From positions 1,184,001-1,248,000 of the forward strand of contig OY970223.1 in the NCBI GenBank assembly GCA_963714015.1: a stretch of DNA of 64,000 bases, in the 5' to 3' direction. This document shows, one piece after another, positions 11,764-23,676 of the stretch. Position 1 is the first letter of the stretch; each line of letters opens with the position of its first letter. The position numbers were made by a program, and so were the translations under genes. A model generated the notes under the pieces. The model was not told the DNA's origin. It did no database searches and saw only the letters and a list, made by a program, of their open reading frames with translations. Source of the stretch: Vulcanimicrobiota bacterium (lineage in GTDB: Bacteria; Vulcanimicrobiota; Vulcanimicrobiia; Vulcanimicrobiales; Vulcanimicrobiaceae).

Positions 11764-12218
11764 AGAGCGATCTCCCGAAGGAATCACAATTCCGTGCGCT
11801 TTTCAACTTGGCCCACTTAGCCGGACTCGAAGCTGCGCGCCGTGCGCGGCCGCGGCTTACGCAGGTCGTGAAGATTGAGGCGAAAGGCGCGATGATTAGG
11901 TATGCCCCTGACTGGGCCAGCGATGACGCAGCGATCGGGCACTGTGGTTACGCTTGGGTCCGAATTCGACCAGCAACCGCTCCTTTTGCGAAGTGGTGCA
12001 AAACGCAAACCATGGCGCAGTTCGGCTTTAAAGATCGTCCGTGCGCTGAATACGACAACCATCTGGGTGGCGTCGTGATCGATGTGAATGTGCAAATTCC
12101 GACGTCGATAGATCGCAGTCGACAATCATATGAAATAAAATTCGCGTATGCGGAGGCGTTTGCAGCGGTTTTACGATCCGCAGGCTGCAATGCTTTGGCA
12201 GATGGGAGACTGGATTAA
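11745..12218 (+). CDS. Phage-type conserved hypothetical protein (start at 11736 or 11745)
   Basis: CGYAWVRIRPA..PFAKW...QSYEIK.AYAEAFAAVL...G......RLD resembles a widespread phage protein family (recalled, not searched). Confidence 0.7.
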   Translation: MKSTTTKSDLPKESQFRALFNLAHLAGLEAARRARPRLTQVVKIEAKGAMIRYAPDWASDDAAIGHCGYAWVRIRPATAPFAKWCKTQTMAQFGFKDRPCAEYDNHLGGVVIDVNVQIPTSIDRSRQSYEIKFAYAEAFAAVLRSAGCNALADGRLD

Positions 12219-12303
12219 CGACCGTACAATCCACCGAGGCCGAGCTGGAGCGTGATCACGAACCCGTTATGATGAGAGGCCGCCGGCGAGTAGGCGGCCC
12301 CGC

Positions 12304-13012
12304 TTATTCGCCGGGCCAGTTTTCCCAGTAGCGCTCGATCGACGGGAGTGCACGAAGTACGATTAGCAATTCCCTCTTAGTGAGCGTGAAAGAATTTATG
12401 AGAATGCCGGCAACGTAGATCGTCGCATGCGCGACCTCGCGCAGCGGAGCCTTAGGGTGCACTGAGACACCGAGCTCTGTATTGTGCTTGGCACACTGCG
12501 GCGCAAGATTACTGGGGTGACAGCTCGCCTCCGAGGGCCACGGGCACCAAGTGTCCGATTTCGACCGCCGACGTGGTCGACCCGGGCGGGCAATCGACGC
12601 AGCGCGTTGCGGACTGGAACGCCTTGCGATCGCGTCGCCCAACATTACCGCCGCAAGCCCGCAATCTAGCTTTGCGGCGCAACTGACTTTCGCGCGCGTA
12701 TTCGGGATGCGCCTTCTCATACTCGCGCCGGACGCTCCGTCGTCGCTCACGATTCTTGGCGACCCATTGCCGATTCGCCGCATCGCGTTCCGCTTTATGT
12801 TTCTCGTAGTTACGTTTATTGCGCTCTTTAAAGAGTTTCGGATTCAACCGATACTGTTCGCGCTTTTTAGCAAGCAGTTGAGCCTTATTTTTTTCACGGT
12901 ACGCCTTCGCCCTAAGATTGCGGCAAACGCGGCATCCGGGCTGGCGGCCGCCCAGCGCGGAGCAAGCCCGGCAAATATCTTGCGGCTCGTCTGATGACCC
13001 AGACGCAATCAT
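12304..13012 (-). CDS. HNH endonuclease with a basic coiled N-terminus (frameshift near 12520)
   Basis: CxxC pairs, Lys/Arg-rich helix, CVDC...EIGHLVPVALGG, continued in another frame by SNLAPQCAKHN. Confidence 0.8.
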
Positions 13013-13574
13013 GGACGTGCCTCAGACTCCAGAGCGCCATTACGGCTAATCTGAAAGATTGCGTTCAAGCATTCCGTTGCGAGCCACAACGACCAATTGT
13101 TCTGACGCGTGGTGACTCTCGCGATGTTACACGGCATCGCCGAGCGGCACTGCTGTAAAAACTCCATCGTTCAAAACGTCTCCTTTCGCGGCTTTTCGTT
13201 GCGCCAAAATGCGCGCGTTGCGAAGAGCCTACGAATCTATCGGACGTTTCCAGCGAGCACCGTACTCCTTTACGACATGGTGTCATGGCCAAGACGCCTA
13301 CGCCTAAGGGGAAGCGATTTTGTTCTATCTACCACGGTGTTATTTCGACCATCAAAAGAACTCGGGTTGCTCACGCTGATGAGATGGTTCAGCGTGATCC
13401 AGGCGAAGCCTGAGGCCCTCAACTGAAGACACACGCTTCGCCGAAAGAGCCCATAAGGTCGGACGATCGCGATGCGGCTAGCATAAACGCCGAAGCCTAG
13501 CGAGCGCAGATCACGGTAGAAGGCACGCCGATACGCCTTTTCACTATCGCTAACGGATAGAGAAAGGCGTATTC

Positions 13575-14285
13575 CTATTGAGCGGCCATCCAGCGCTTGA
13601 TCCATGCTTGCGTGGCTGCGGACATATGCGGATACATCGCGCGATACTGCTCACCCGCTTCGATGTTCTTTTGGACGCTCGGCGGGTACGCGAGATGGCT
13701 CTGCGCCCACCCGTATCCTCCGAACGCTCCGGCTGAGCTGAGGCCGAGCGCGAATAGTAATGTTGTGAACCGCGTTGTCAGTGTTAGTCGCGTTTTATCA
13801 ATGCGTACTTTCTCAGCAGTGTTTTGAGAAACGCTCCGCATTACAGTGAGTGCGACGGTGCGTAGTTGCCCTTCGAATTCATTGAGTGTGCTGCGGCGCG
13901 CTTCAGCCAAATCGTCGAGCTGGTTTGCAGCGCTTGCTAACGCCATTGCTTTTGCCTTGTCGTTAATCTCCGGAATGATCGTCAGGAGCGCACCGCGGAA
14001 CGTCGCGAGCATCTCGGGCGGCAATCCGCGCCATTGTGTGACGTAAAATCCGAAGCGCTTGTCGATCTCAGACAGAACGTCATTAAGTCGAAGCGGGATT
14101 TGGTCGCCGACCTTTATGGTTTGGTCGCTTACGTCTAACGCGAGTTTGAGAACGCGCAGAAGTTTGAACAACGGATCGCTTGCATCATAATGCCCGCGCA
14201 GCAGCTCGCCCAGAATGGACGCGCGCGCCTCAGGCGTTTGCGCCGCCAATAGCGCGTCGAGGTCGTTCGATTCGGGTTTACGCAC
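13575..14285 (-). CDS. TraM/MobE-like mobilisation protein (helical, C-terminal TM)
   Basis: Third gene of the operon leaving oriT, after a TraL-like ATPase; C-terminal hydrophobic segment. Assigned by synteny. Confidence 0.55.
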   Translation of the reverse strand: MRKPESNDLDALLAAQTPEARASILGELLRGHYDASDPLFKLLRVLKLALDVSDQTIKVGDQIPLRLNDVLSEIDKRFGFYVTQWRGLPPEMLATFRGALLTIIPEINDKAKAMALASAANQLDDLAEARRSTLNEFEGQLRTVALTVMRSVSQNTAEKVRIDKTRLTLTTRFTTLLFALGLSSAGAFGGYGWAQSHLAYPPSVQKNIEAGEQYRAMYPHMSAATQAWIKRWMAAQ

Positions 14286-15084
14286 GTGGCTGCTCCGCGA
14301 ACCGCAATAGCGTTGATCTGTTTAACTGTGCAAGCAAATGATCCAACCACACGCGGATGCGATAGTGGTGGCCCGGCGAGAGATTAGCCATGCCCTCTTC
14401 GAACGTGAAGTTCTTGTTGTCGAGCGTTTTACGCGTCTCGGCCTGCAGCGCCGGCATCGTAATAACCTCGCCGCCGTGCTGTTCCAGCAGTTTACGCGCG
14501 GTGCCGTCGTAATGGACGTTGTCTTCGTCGCCACCATCGAACGGCTTGAAATCTTCGTCCGGGTCGACCGGCACGCCGATGCCGAGATTCTTCACCGCGA
14601 TATACTTCGCGGTGTCGCCGAACGTGTTGATGACCTGGCCGATCGTACGGGTCGCGACCTTCGCATCTTTCGAGAGCAAGAATACGACGATGACCTCGTA
14701 GCCGTTCTCTGCATACGCCTTGAACAGCGCCTGGCCGTCGCCGAGGACTTCCTCGAGCTCGCCCACGGCGCCACCCGGCAGGTCCATCAGTACGATGTCA
14801 CCGCCAGTGACGAACGCGTCGATCAGACCGTCGCGCTCGGCCGACGTACGAAGGTCGAAATAGCCAACACCCGTGAACGGGTCTTGGTCGGCCACGAGTT
14901 GACCGTTTTCATCGCGCGTTCCGTAGTACTGCATCAGCGAGCCGACACGGCTGTCCGTGTCGTACGCCGCGGTCCGCAGACCGGCCGTGCGATAAAGATG
15001 CAGCAGGCCGCGCGAGAAGGTGGTCTTCCCGACGCCGCCCTTTTCCGCGCAGACGAAGATCGCGCGTTTCTGAACGTCAGACAT
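14278..15084 (-). CDS. TraL/MobD-like ParA-type P-loop protein
   Basis: Deviant Walker A AEKGGVGKTT, YDTD, MDLPG; position within the mob module. Confidence 0.75.
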   Translation of the reverse strand: MSDVQKRAIFVCAEKGGVGKTTFSRGLLHLYRTAGLRTAAYDTDSRVGSLMQYYGTRDENGQLVADQDPFTGVGYFDLRTSAERDGLIDAFVTGGDIVLMDLPGGAVGELEEVLGDGQALFKAYAENGYEVIVVFLLSKDAKVATRTIGQVINTFGDTAKYIAVKNLGIGVPVDPDEDFKPFDGGDEDNVHYDGTARKLLEQHGGEVITMPALQAETRKTLDNKNFTFEEGMANLSPGHHYRIRVWLDHLLAQLNRSTLLRFAEQPRA

Positions 15085-15575
15085 TAGTAGTTATCTCCTA
15101 GCGACGCGTTGCTGCGCCGTTTTGTGGAAGAGAGCACCGGGGACGGACGCTGACCAGACGTCGTACCGACAAGCGGTCCACCTTGCGGCGGTGTCGACGG
15201 TTCAACGGTGGGTTTCGCGTGCGGCGGTGCGGGTGGTTCGGGAGTCGGATTCTTCGCTGCCGGCGATCCCGGCGTCGGCTTGACCGCGGCTCGTGGCCGC
15301 GCTGTTGCGCGGCGAGTGCGAGAGCGTTTGCGCTTTTTGGGTGCTAGGCTCCGGACAAACTTGGTGACGCGCCGTTGCCCGAGCGGAATGCCCTCAGTCC
15401 GGAACGACTCAATTATTTGTTTCGGCGAGCAGCCTTGACCGAGTTTTACCTCCACGATCTGCCGAGTCGCCTCAAAGACGCGATCCGCATCGCCGCCAGC
15501 GCGTGTGGGTTCCAGCGCTTGCAGGGCTGCGAGCAAAGACGCGATGTGCGAGTCAGTTATGTTATGTGGCACCAT
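15084..15575 (-). CDS. TraK/MobC-like oriT-accessory DNA-binding protein
   Basis: First gene diverging from oriT; short helical domain plus Pro/Arg-rich tail. Assigned by synteny. Confidence 0.5.
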   Translation of the reverse strand: MVPHNITDSHIASLLAALQALEPTRAGGDADRVFEATRQIVEVKLGQGCSPKQIIESFRTEGIPLGQRRVTKFVRSLAPKKRKRSRTRRATARPRAAVKPTPGSPAAKNPTPEPPAPPHAKPTVEPSTPPQGGPLVGTTSGQRPSPVLSSTKRRSNASLGDNY

Positions 15576-15871
15576 GAGCTCCTAACTGCCCGCCCGGAAA
15601 TCGCGTCGAATTAGCATCGATGGGCATGCACTTCCGCGGCGGGTATCTGCCTATCGGCACAAATGGCTCACCCTTACACCCCTAGCCGTAAAAGTTGCTC
15701 TGGTGTAAACGCTAAGTAATTCGTCCGCTGAACGGGGGCGCCGACGAACGGCGAACGCATCGCCGTCTAAATCGGCTGCCATCTAGCTGACGCCACTGCG
15801 CGCATCAGTAGGAATCACGGTAGACAAACCGTGGCCATACAGATGCCGTGGTCTACTGCCGATAGGGCAAT
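15576..15871. other. Probable oriT with divergent promoters
   Basis: Intergenic region between divergent mob operons. IR CACGGT-agacaa-ACCGTG (15816-15833) is followed on the minus strand by ATTCCTAC, loosely like the MOBP nic YATCCTG^Y. Confidence 0.6.
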
Positions 15872-16123
15872 ATGAAGAGCGAAATATTCAAGTTGCCCCT
15901 CACACCGGAGCAGCGTCGCCGCCTCCACGCCGAGGCGAAACAACATGGCGAATCGGCAGCGGCGTTCGTACGCAGGCGCCTGTTTTACGAGACCAACCTC
16001 GGTGCATACCATCTCATTTATGAGAGCTTGATGGAGGCGCGTCAACGGGAAGGCGCGTTATCGGCTGTGTTGCTCGAGGCCTATAAGAAGATTATCGAGG
16101 CGCTGGCTCCGCCGCCATGCTAG
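15872..16123 (+). CDS. TraJ/MobB-like ribbon-helix-helix relaxosome protein
   Basis: IFKLPLTPEQRRRLHAEAKQHGESAAAFVRR RHH pattern; overlaps the relaxase start. Confidence 0.7.
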   Translation: MKSEIFKLPLTPEQRRRLHAEAKQHGESAAAFVRRRLFYETNLGAYHLIYESLMEARQREGALSAVLLEAYKKIIEALAPPPC

Positions 16124-17998
16124 CCATTGTCATGACGCGGAAACCAAAAGCCGCGCGCGTCGTGCGTTTTGGCGATATTGCCGCCTACATTGGCCACAAT
16201 AGCAAAGCCATCGCCGTTTGGACCTCGCCAAGTATCGTGTCGGCTTCGACAGCCGCCTCTGACATGAATATGGTGGCCGACGTCGCCGCCATTCGTGGCA
16301 AAGAGGTACGCAACCCGGTCTATCACTACGTGCTTACATGGCCAGCCGATGATCGCGTTTCAGAGCAACACGCCTTGGAAGCAGTTCAAGGGTCGCTCAA
16401 GGCGCTCGGCGTCGCGGAAGATCACCAATGGGTCGCGGCACTTCACGGGGACAGCAATTACCGGCATGTGCACGTCGTGGTAAACCGCATCCACCCGAAG
16501 ACGTTGACGGCGTTCACCCCATACCGCGATTACTTGAAGCTTTCGCGCTACTGCCGGGAATCGGAAATTCGCCAAGGTTGGAAGCGTGACCACGGGCTGT
16601 ACACGACGCACGCCGACGGGGCGATCGTACCCGCTAGCCGATCTTCGACGGACGCCTCGATCAAAGCGCGAGCTGCGGATAGCGAGGCGTGGACGGGAAT
16701 CATGTCTTTCCAGCAATGGCTGGGCGGGCACCCTTCTGCTGCGATACGCGCGGCGCTCGCCTCGCAGCCAAAGACGTGGGAGACCGTCCACGTGGTTCTT
16801 GCGAGTTTTGATCTTGCGTACGTACCTTGGAAGGGCGGCGCAGCGATCATCGATCGTTCGCACGCGAACTATCGAGCGAAGGCGAGCCATCTCGGCAGCC
16901 GTCTCTCGCACGTTACGCTGGAAGCGGAGTTAGGCCCCTACGAGCCGCCTAAGGCCAGCCATTCAGTCTTGCAGTGAAATCACGTATCCGCACTTGCGTC
17001 GAAGCAGTCAACTCGCAACAGGAATCGTGCTGGACCCGCGCATCGCGCCTCTGCACGCCAAATACAAAACATTGATGCATGAATGGCGCACGTCGGGAAA
17101 ACGGCGCCGCGCCGCTGTGTTTCTGCGCATTCGCAATGAAGCCCGAAACCGCATTGCTTCTCATCGGCTTCTGGCTAGGAACTTTATCGCAGCCCTCAAA
17201 GGCGGTGGTTTTTGGGATGCAACTACAGGCGACACTATCGCAGCACGCGACGTCCAAAGGGCGATTCTTCGCGTCTTAGGCGAACGGCTCGCGGGCGTCC
17301 GACGCAAGAACAAAGAGGAACGTGCGGTCGCGCAGAGCCGTCACCGCGCGCCTCCAGCGCTCTTTCGCACCTGGCTGAAACAACAAGCGGCGTCAGACGA
17401 TCCCGCGGCGATACAAGCTTTGCGGATCGCTCGCGCCGGCAAGGCCCGGTCAGGCGTTCACTCTGGTGAGCGCGTTCGAGTAATCGAAAATAGGACACCG
17501 GCAGCGCAGGCGCAGGCACTGGAACAGCTTGCCGCTCCAAACAATGCTTCCGGCCGGTTGCAGACAGGTAAAAACCAGGAGTTTCTTGGCGAAAGCGACG
17601 TCGCAGAACAAGTCCGTGCCGGAGGACTGCAAGCTCGTCGTCGCGCCATTGAACGCCCAGGCGAAACCAACCGCGCCAGCGGCGCGGATGGCGCGAACAG
17701 AGTAGCGCAGGATAAGACGGCAATCACGATCGCGCGTGGCTGTGGCTATAACGTCAATGAGGTCGTACACCACGGGCACGGGCTTGAGGGCACCATACGG
17801 CGAGCATGGTTGGCGACCGACACAATAGGCTACGTCATCATGGAGACGCGTGTGCTTGGCTTCCGTTTGCTCGAAGTTCCCTCGTCGGAGGCGTTACGCG
17901 CGCAACGCCGCAACGGCGAACCTCTTGAAGTACTGTCGCGCAACGGTACGACGACACTCATTTTGAGCCCGCAACGTACGAAGCAACGCGAGCGCTAG
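16117..17998 (+). CDS. MOBP (TraI/MobA-like) relaxase; C-terminal half in a shifted frame (16994-17998)
   Basis: Motif I Y (AAYI), motif II VYHYVLTW, motif III HGDSNYRHVHVVVNRIHP; C-terminal FRTWLKQQAA..DPAA..ALR as in TraI-like proteins. Confidence 0.88.
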
Positions 17999-18099
17999 GG
18001 ACAGCAAGGGCGGCAAATCGCTAAAACGACCGCGCCGGTAAACAGCAGCATTAGCCCACGCACTGGTTCACGCGAGCCTGAATCCTGTGGCAGGCTCGC

Positions 18100-18748
18100 G
18101 TGAACAGAAACGTGAGCCGTACAAGGAAGGCGGTTGTTGCTGTGCTCTTAGATCATATTAACTGGATCGCGCTCGACTGTGAAACTACCGGGTTGGATCC
18201 GGAATGGGATCGCGTAGTCAAGGTAGTCTGCGATCCTGTTTCGAGGACGGCGGGAGCGGAAGCGTTTTGTTTCATTGGTAAAGGCCGATATCCCGATCCC
18301 TATCGAGGCCTCGCGCATTCACGGAATAACGCGCGACGATATCGCGAGTGCTCCCTCGTGGGCAGAAGTCCTGGCGCAACTCCGGCAATTTATATCGCAT
18401 GACGCCCTCGTTGTTGCTCATCACGCGGCCTTCGACCGCGCCTTCTTGCGCGGTATACCTGATGCCGCATTCGTAGATACCGGCGCGCCAATACCATACC
18501 GTTGGGTGTGTACTCGCACGCTCGCCAAACGACTACGGCCTGAGGCCGCCGAGCGAAGTTTGTCGGCTCTTCGAGATTATTGTCGCATCGAAATACCGGA
18601 GTATACGCGACCGCATCGAGCGTTGGATGACGCCATGGTCGTCGGTGCGCTATTCCAGCACCTAGCCGATGTCTATGAAAATCGGCAACCGATACACCTT
18701 CAAAGCGTCCGGCAATTCATTGCGACTGGCCAAGAGCCACTGCCATAG
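18100..18748 (+). CDS. DEDDh 3'-5' exonuclease (DnaQ-like), frameshift near 18230-18270
   Basis: ExoI LDCETTG, IHGIT, ExoII AHHAAFD, ExoIII HRALDD. Confidence 0.85.
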
Positions 18749-19010
18749 GGCTCCCCGACGCGCTGAACGTCCAGCAACAGCTGAATGCCGGAAACTATGA
18801 GCGGCACTCTAAGCGCGCGTGAGGTTCGTCGCTCCAGAGTGTCTGACTTATACCACGCGCCTTGGTGTCATAGCCTAGACTACTAGTCGCAGATTGATTC
18901 AAAAAAAGCGTTTCTAATAGGTGTGGTTTTCCGTCGCACGCGCCGATAGGAACCTGTCAGCCACCTCGCCGGCTGCCGAAAAAACAAACTAAACCAAGGA
19001 GTTAAGGAAC

Positions 19011-19304
19011 ATGGATGCTCAGCCGGTGATGACAAGGTCGCCAAAACGAAGGGCGACTACAGGCGTGCGGGGAGACGAAAGTGCGTCATCACGCTATGAG
19101 GGCGCTGAAGGGCGCCTCTGGACCGTCGACGAGGTGTGCCAGATCCTGCACGTCGGGCGCTCCACGTTGTATGAACTGATGGCCAACGGCCGGCTTCTGT
19201 ACAAGCCAATCACTACGCGAATTCGGCTTATTTCAGACCGCAATCTGCAGCAGTACTTGGATGGATGTCAGTCACCTTACGGGCAACGCTGGGGTAGATG
19301 TTAG
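19011..19304 (+). CDS. Excisionase-like HTH_17 protein, 3' end formed by IS21
   Basis: LWTVDEVCQILHVGRSTLYELMANGRL; RBS AAGGAG; stop codon lies inside the IS left end. Confidence 0.8.
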   Translation: MDAQPVMTRSPKRRATTGVRGDESASSRYEGAEGRLWTVDEVCQILHVGRSTLYELMANGRLLYKPITTRIRLISDRNLQQYLDGCQSPYGQRWGRC

Positions 19305-19377
19305 CGCCGGAGTAAAATTGACCCACCCCGCCGGATGAAAATTGACCCACCTGACTCTGCGCGAACACTAGTTCGCG

Positions 19378-21190
<1,813 letters not shown>

Positions 21191-21464
21191 ACCGGCGATC
21201 CGCTAGGAAAGTGGGTCAATTTTCGCCCGGCGTCAACATCCGCCGCCGCATTGGGGGCAGGTGATGGTCTCCGTCTATTCGGCAGTTGGTGCAAAAACAC
21301 CGCAGGAATATTCGGCCGTCCGCGTTCTAATGAAATCTCCCGCCGCTGCCACGTTCTTGAATAATGCCCTATCAGGCGATTCAAGACGTGTGCAAAAAGC
21401 GAAACTGATCATCTCGGCGACGGCCGCCAGGCAAGCCGTAAAGCAACCGTAGTCGCCTAGCGAA

Positions 21465-22674
21465 ATGCCTAACCTCTTAAAACACTTCCTACCCAGCCCA
21501 CGAGCCCAGATTGGCCTCTACGGCTTCATCTTGTTGGGTATTGGCATTTACTTAACTGTTCAAATATTTAGCCGGTACGACCGCCCGTGGGCAACTACGT
21601 TGCCTCGCATCGGATCTCTGACAGAAGAATCAGCGATTTGGCAGACTCTGGGAAAAGTAACTCAAAACGGCAACCTTATTCCCGGCGCTGTTCGACCCAT
21701 TGTCCGATTACGACAACCCAATGCTGCGGATGTTACTGTGACCCTTGTAGAAGGAACCTTGCATGCTCGCGAGATTCTGCCGTCGACGCGTTGGTCGCAC
21801 TGCGCAAAAACCTTTGGATCCTGAGTTCGGTCAACGAACGTGAAGCGCCATATAGTCCAAGTATCAGCGCTGTGATACACGAGGGTTGCGGATCGGAGCC
21901 TGACATTGAAACGCTAGGACTCGGCGACATACATCCTCACGCCTGTACCGGCCCCTATGCAAGGTATGGAATTTCACATGTTGTAAACATGGCACTTATT
22001 GTCATTCGGAACTATCGTTCGAAGGAGCCCTGCCGATTTGGCACGCCAAACTTCGCGGAGTGCATGAACCGCGTATTAACAACGACTTTCTCAAATGATT
22101 TTTCCTTAATTGAGCAACAGCCCTCCGACGGGTTGATCGTGCCTGCAGTGACGACTGTCAGGGACGGTCTGCCAAAGGACGTTTTTTATGACACATTTAC
22201 AGACAGTCTTCTTCAATCGCTGCAAGAAACGCTCTCGGATAGCGAGACTTCGTTTGCCCGAACATATCCATTTACATGTATGGTCCCAAGACACTGTGAG
22301 ATGGCCAACGACACGCCTTGCAATACGGGATTCAATGGGGAGCCTGGTTCGACGATGGAATCGAACGCACCACGAAAACGACGTCGATAAATGGGCTCCT
22401 CTGGCTGGGACGTGCCTCGGATTCGGAGTTTTCCTGCTACTCTTGGCGCTGTTCTTTCCGGGATCGCTACCCTCTCATCCGCGGCCATTGGGCTTGGTTA
22501 CCCAATGGCTCTTATCGTTGTGGCGTGGTCACTTCTTTGTGGGTCCTTGTTCCAGCACTTTCCAACACTGGTAGTGCCGGTGTACCGATAGTGGGTAGTC
22601 TGTTACTGGCTCTCGTAGGTGGGCTCGTGCTGCTCACATCTGAGGGCAGTTTCCAAAGACGATCCGCCGGTTAA
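21465..22674 (+). CDS. Membrane protein with a macro-domain-like core (reconstructed across ~4 frameshifts)
   Basis: N-terminal TM (IGLYGFILLGIGIYLTV). Core VTLVEG..., VDALV, SISAVIHEG, HVVNM, LIVPAVTTVRDGLP, IHLHVW. About 3 C-terminal hydrophobic segments. Confidence 0.5.
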
Positions 22675-23161
22675 GGGCAATAGACCTCGCGATTGCGATA
22701 GCCAGGATGGAACGCCGGCAGGGCTCACGCCTCGCGCAACGTTTCTACGCGAGTGTCCTCCTGTGAACATACGCTCCTACATTTGGCCTCTCGTCGAAGC
22801 CGCTGGTTGGAGAGAGAGGGTCTTCAGCAACGTTTGCGCCCTCCCGGCGAATGAGAGCGCATTGAAGACGCGTCATCGAGGCAGCGCGAGACACAGCCCC
22901 AGCGGACCTCGTAATGCCCTGCGAGTATGGAAGAAGTGCAGCGCCGATGGTCGCCAGCCTAGAATGTGACTCGCCACTGAGCGATCGGTCCCTACTCGGA
23001 GCGCGCTGTTGCACGGCCGCTGCACGAACATTCCGGCCCATACCTTTGAGGCCGGGGTCCGCCATCAGCTTTGAACGGATCGCAAATAAGGGAAGACACC
23101 AGCAAGGTCGTAACGCCCCCCGCTCCACCACGGCGGTTTTCATGATGGTTTTTAACTGGTA

Positions 23162-23190
23162 TTGACATGGTCTAAGGGTTGTGATAGAGT
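23162..23190 (+). promoter_or_regulatory. Sigma70-type promoter of the TA operon
   Basis: TTGACA-N17-TAGAGT with an extended -10 TG. Confidence 0.65.
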
Positions 23191-23261
23191 GGGTTTGGGC
23201 TCAGTGCCGTGGATCTGCCCCACGGGCAATTGCTCGGCCGGATGCGCCTAATGAGGAAGTC

Positions 23262-23655
23262 ATGTTTAATTCGCGGGACCATGAATCCGCTGCCGCTGCC
23301 ACTGCCGGTGCGGATGTAGACGGAGTCCTTAGACTTTTCTATGCCGGAGGTCGCCAAAGAGCTTGTAGAGACCCTTGGCGCTCGGCTTGCGGCGGCAATT
23401 GGCGGTGCGCAAGAGGCGCGCCGCGCTCGTGAATGGGCCTCCAACGTGCCTCCCCAACGGCCGGAAAACCTACGCACGGCTTTGCAGGCGACTCGGTGCA
23501 TAGTTGCGTTCGCTGGCCCCGAGACTGCAAAAGCGTGGTTCGTGGGTTGCTCAAGCCACCTCGATTACGAAGCACCTCTGACCGTGCTAAGTGAAAATTC
23601 GTCCGATTCGCGTACCAAGGTTCTACGTGCAGCTATACATTTCTCGCAGCGCTAG
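23262..23655 (+). CDS. Xre/MbcA/ParS-type antitoxin (extra T near 23336; ORF track starts it at 23341)
   Basis: LVETLG..LAAAIGG...REWA...AKAWFVG.SSHL...APL; RBS GAGGAAG before ATG 23262. Confidence 0.75.
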
Positions 23656-23676
23656 AGCTCTTAATTTCGCTCACTA

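Noticed and set aside
13045..13605. ORFs 13109-13426 (+) and 13270-13605 (-)
   Set aside because: No motifs, no convincing RBS, and they overlap each other; coding status is unresolved.
15643..15651. GTATCTGCC as the nic site
   Set aside because: It is one C short of TATCCTGC, has no adjacent IR, and its polarity is opposite to RP4. It remains an alternative only.
22675..23160. ncRNA or ORFs in the gap before the TA promoter
   Set aside because: No recognisable RNA motif, repeat or credible ORF could be supported by eye.
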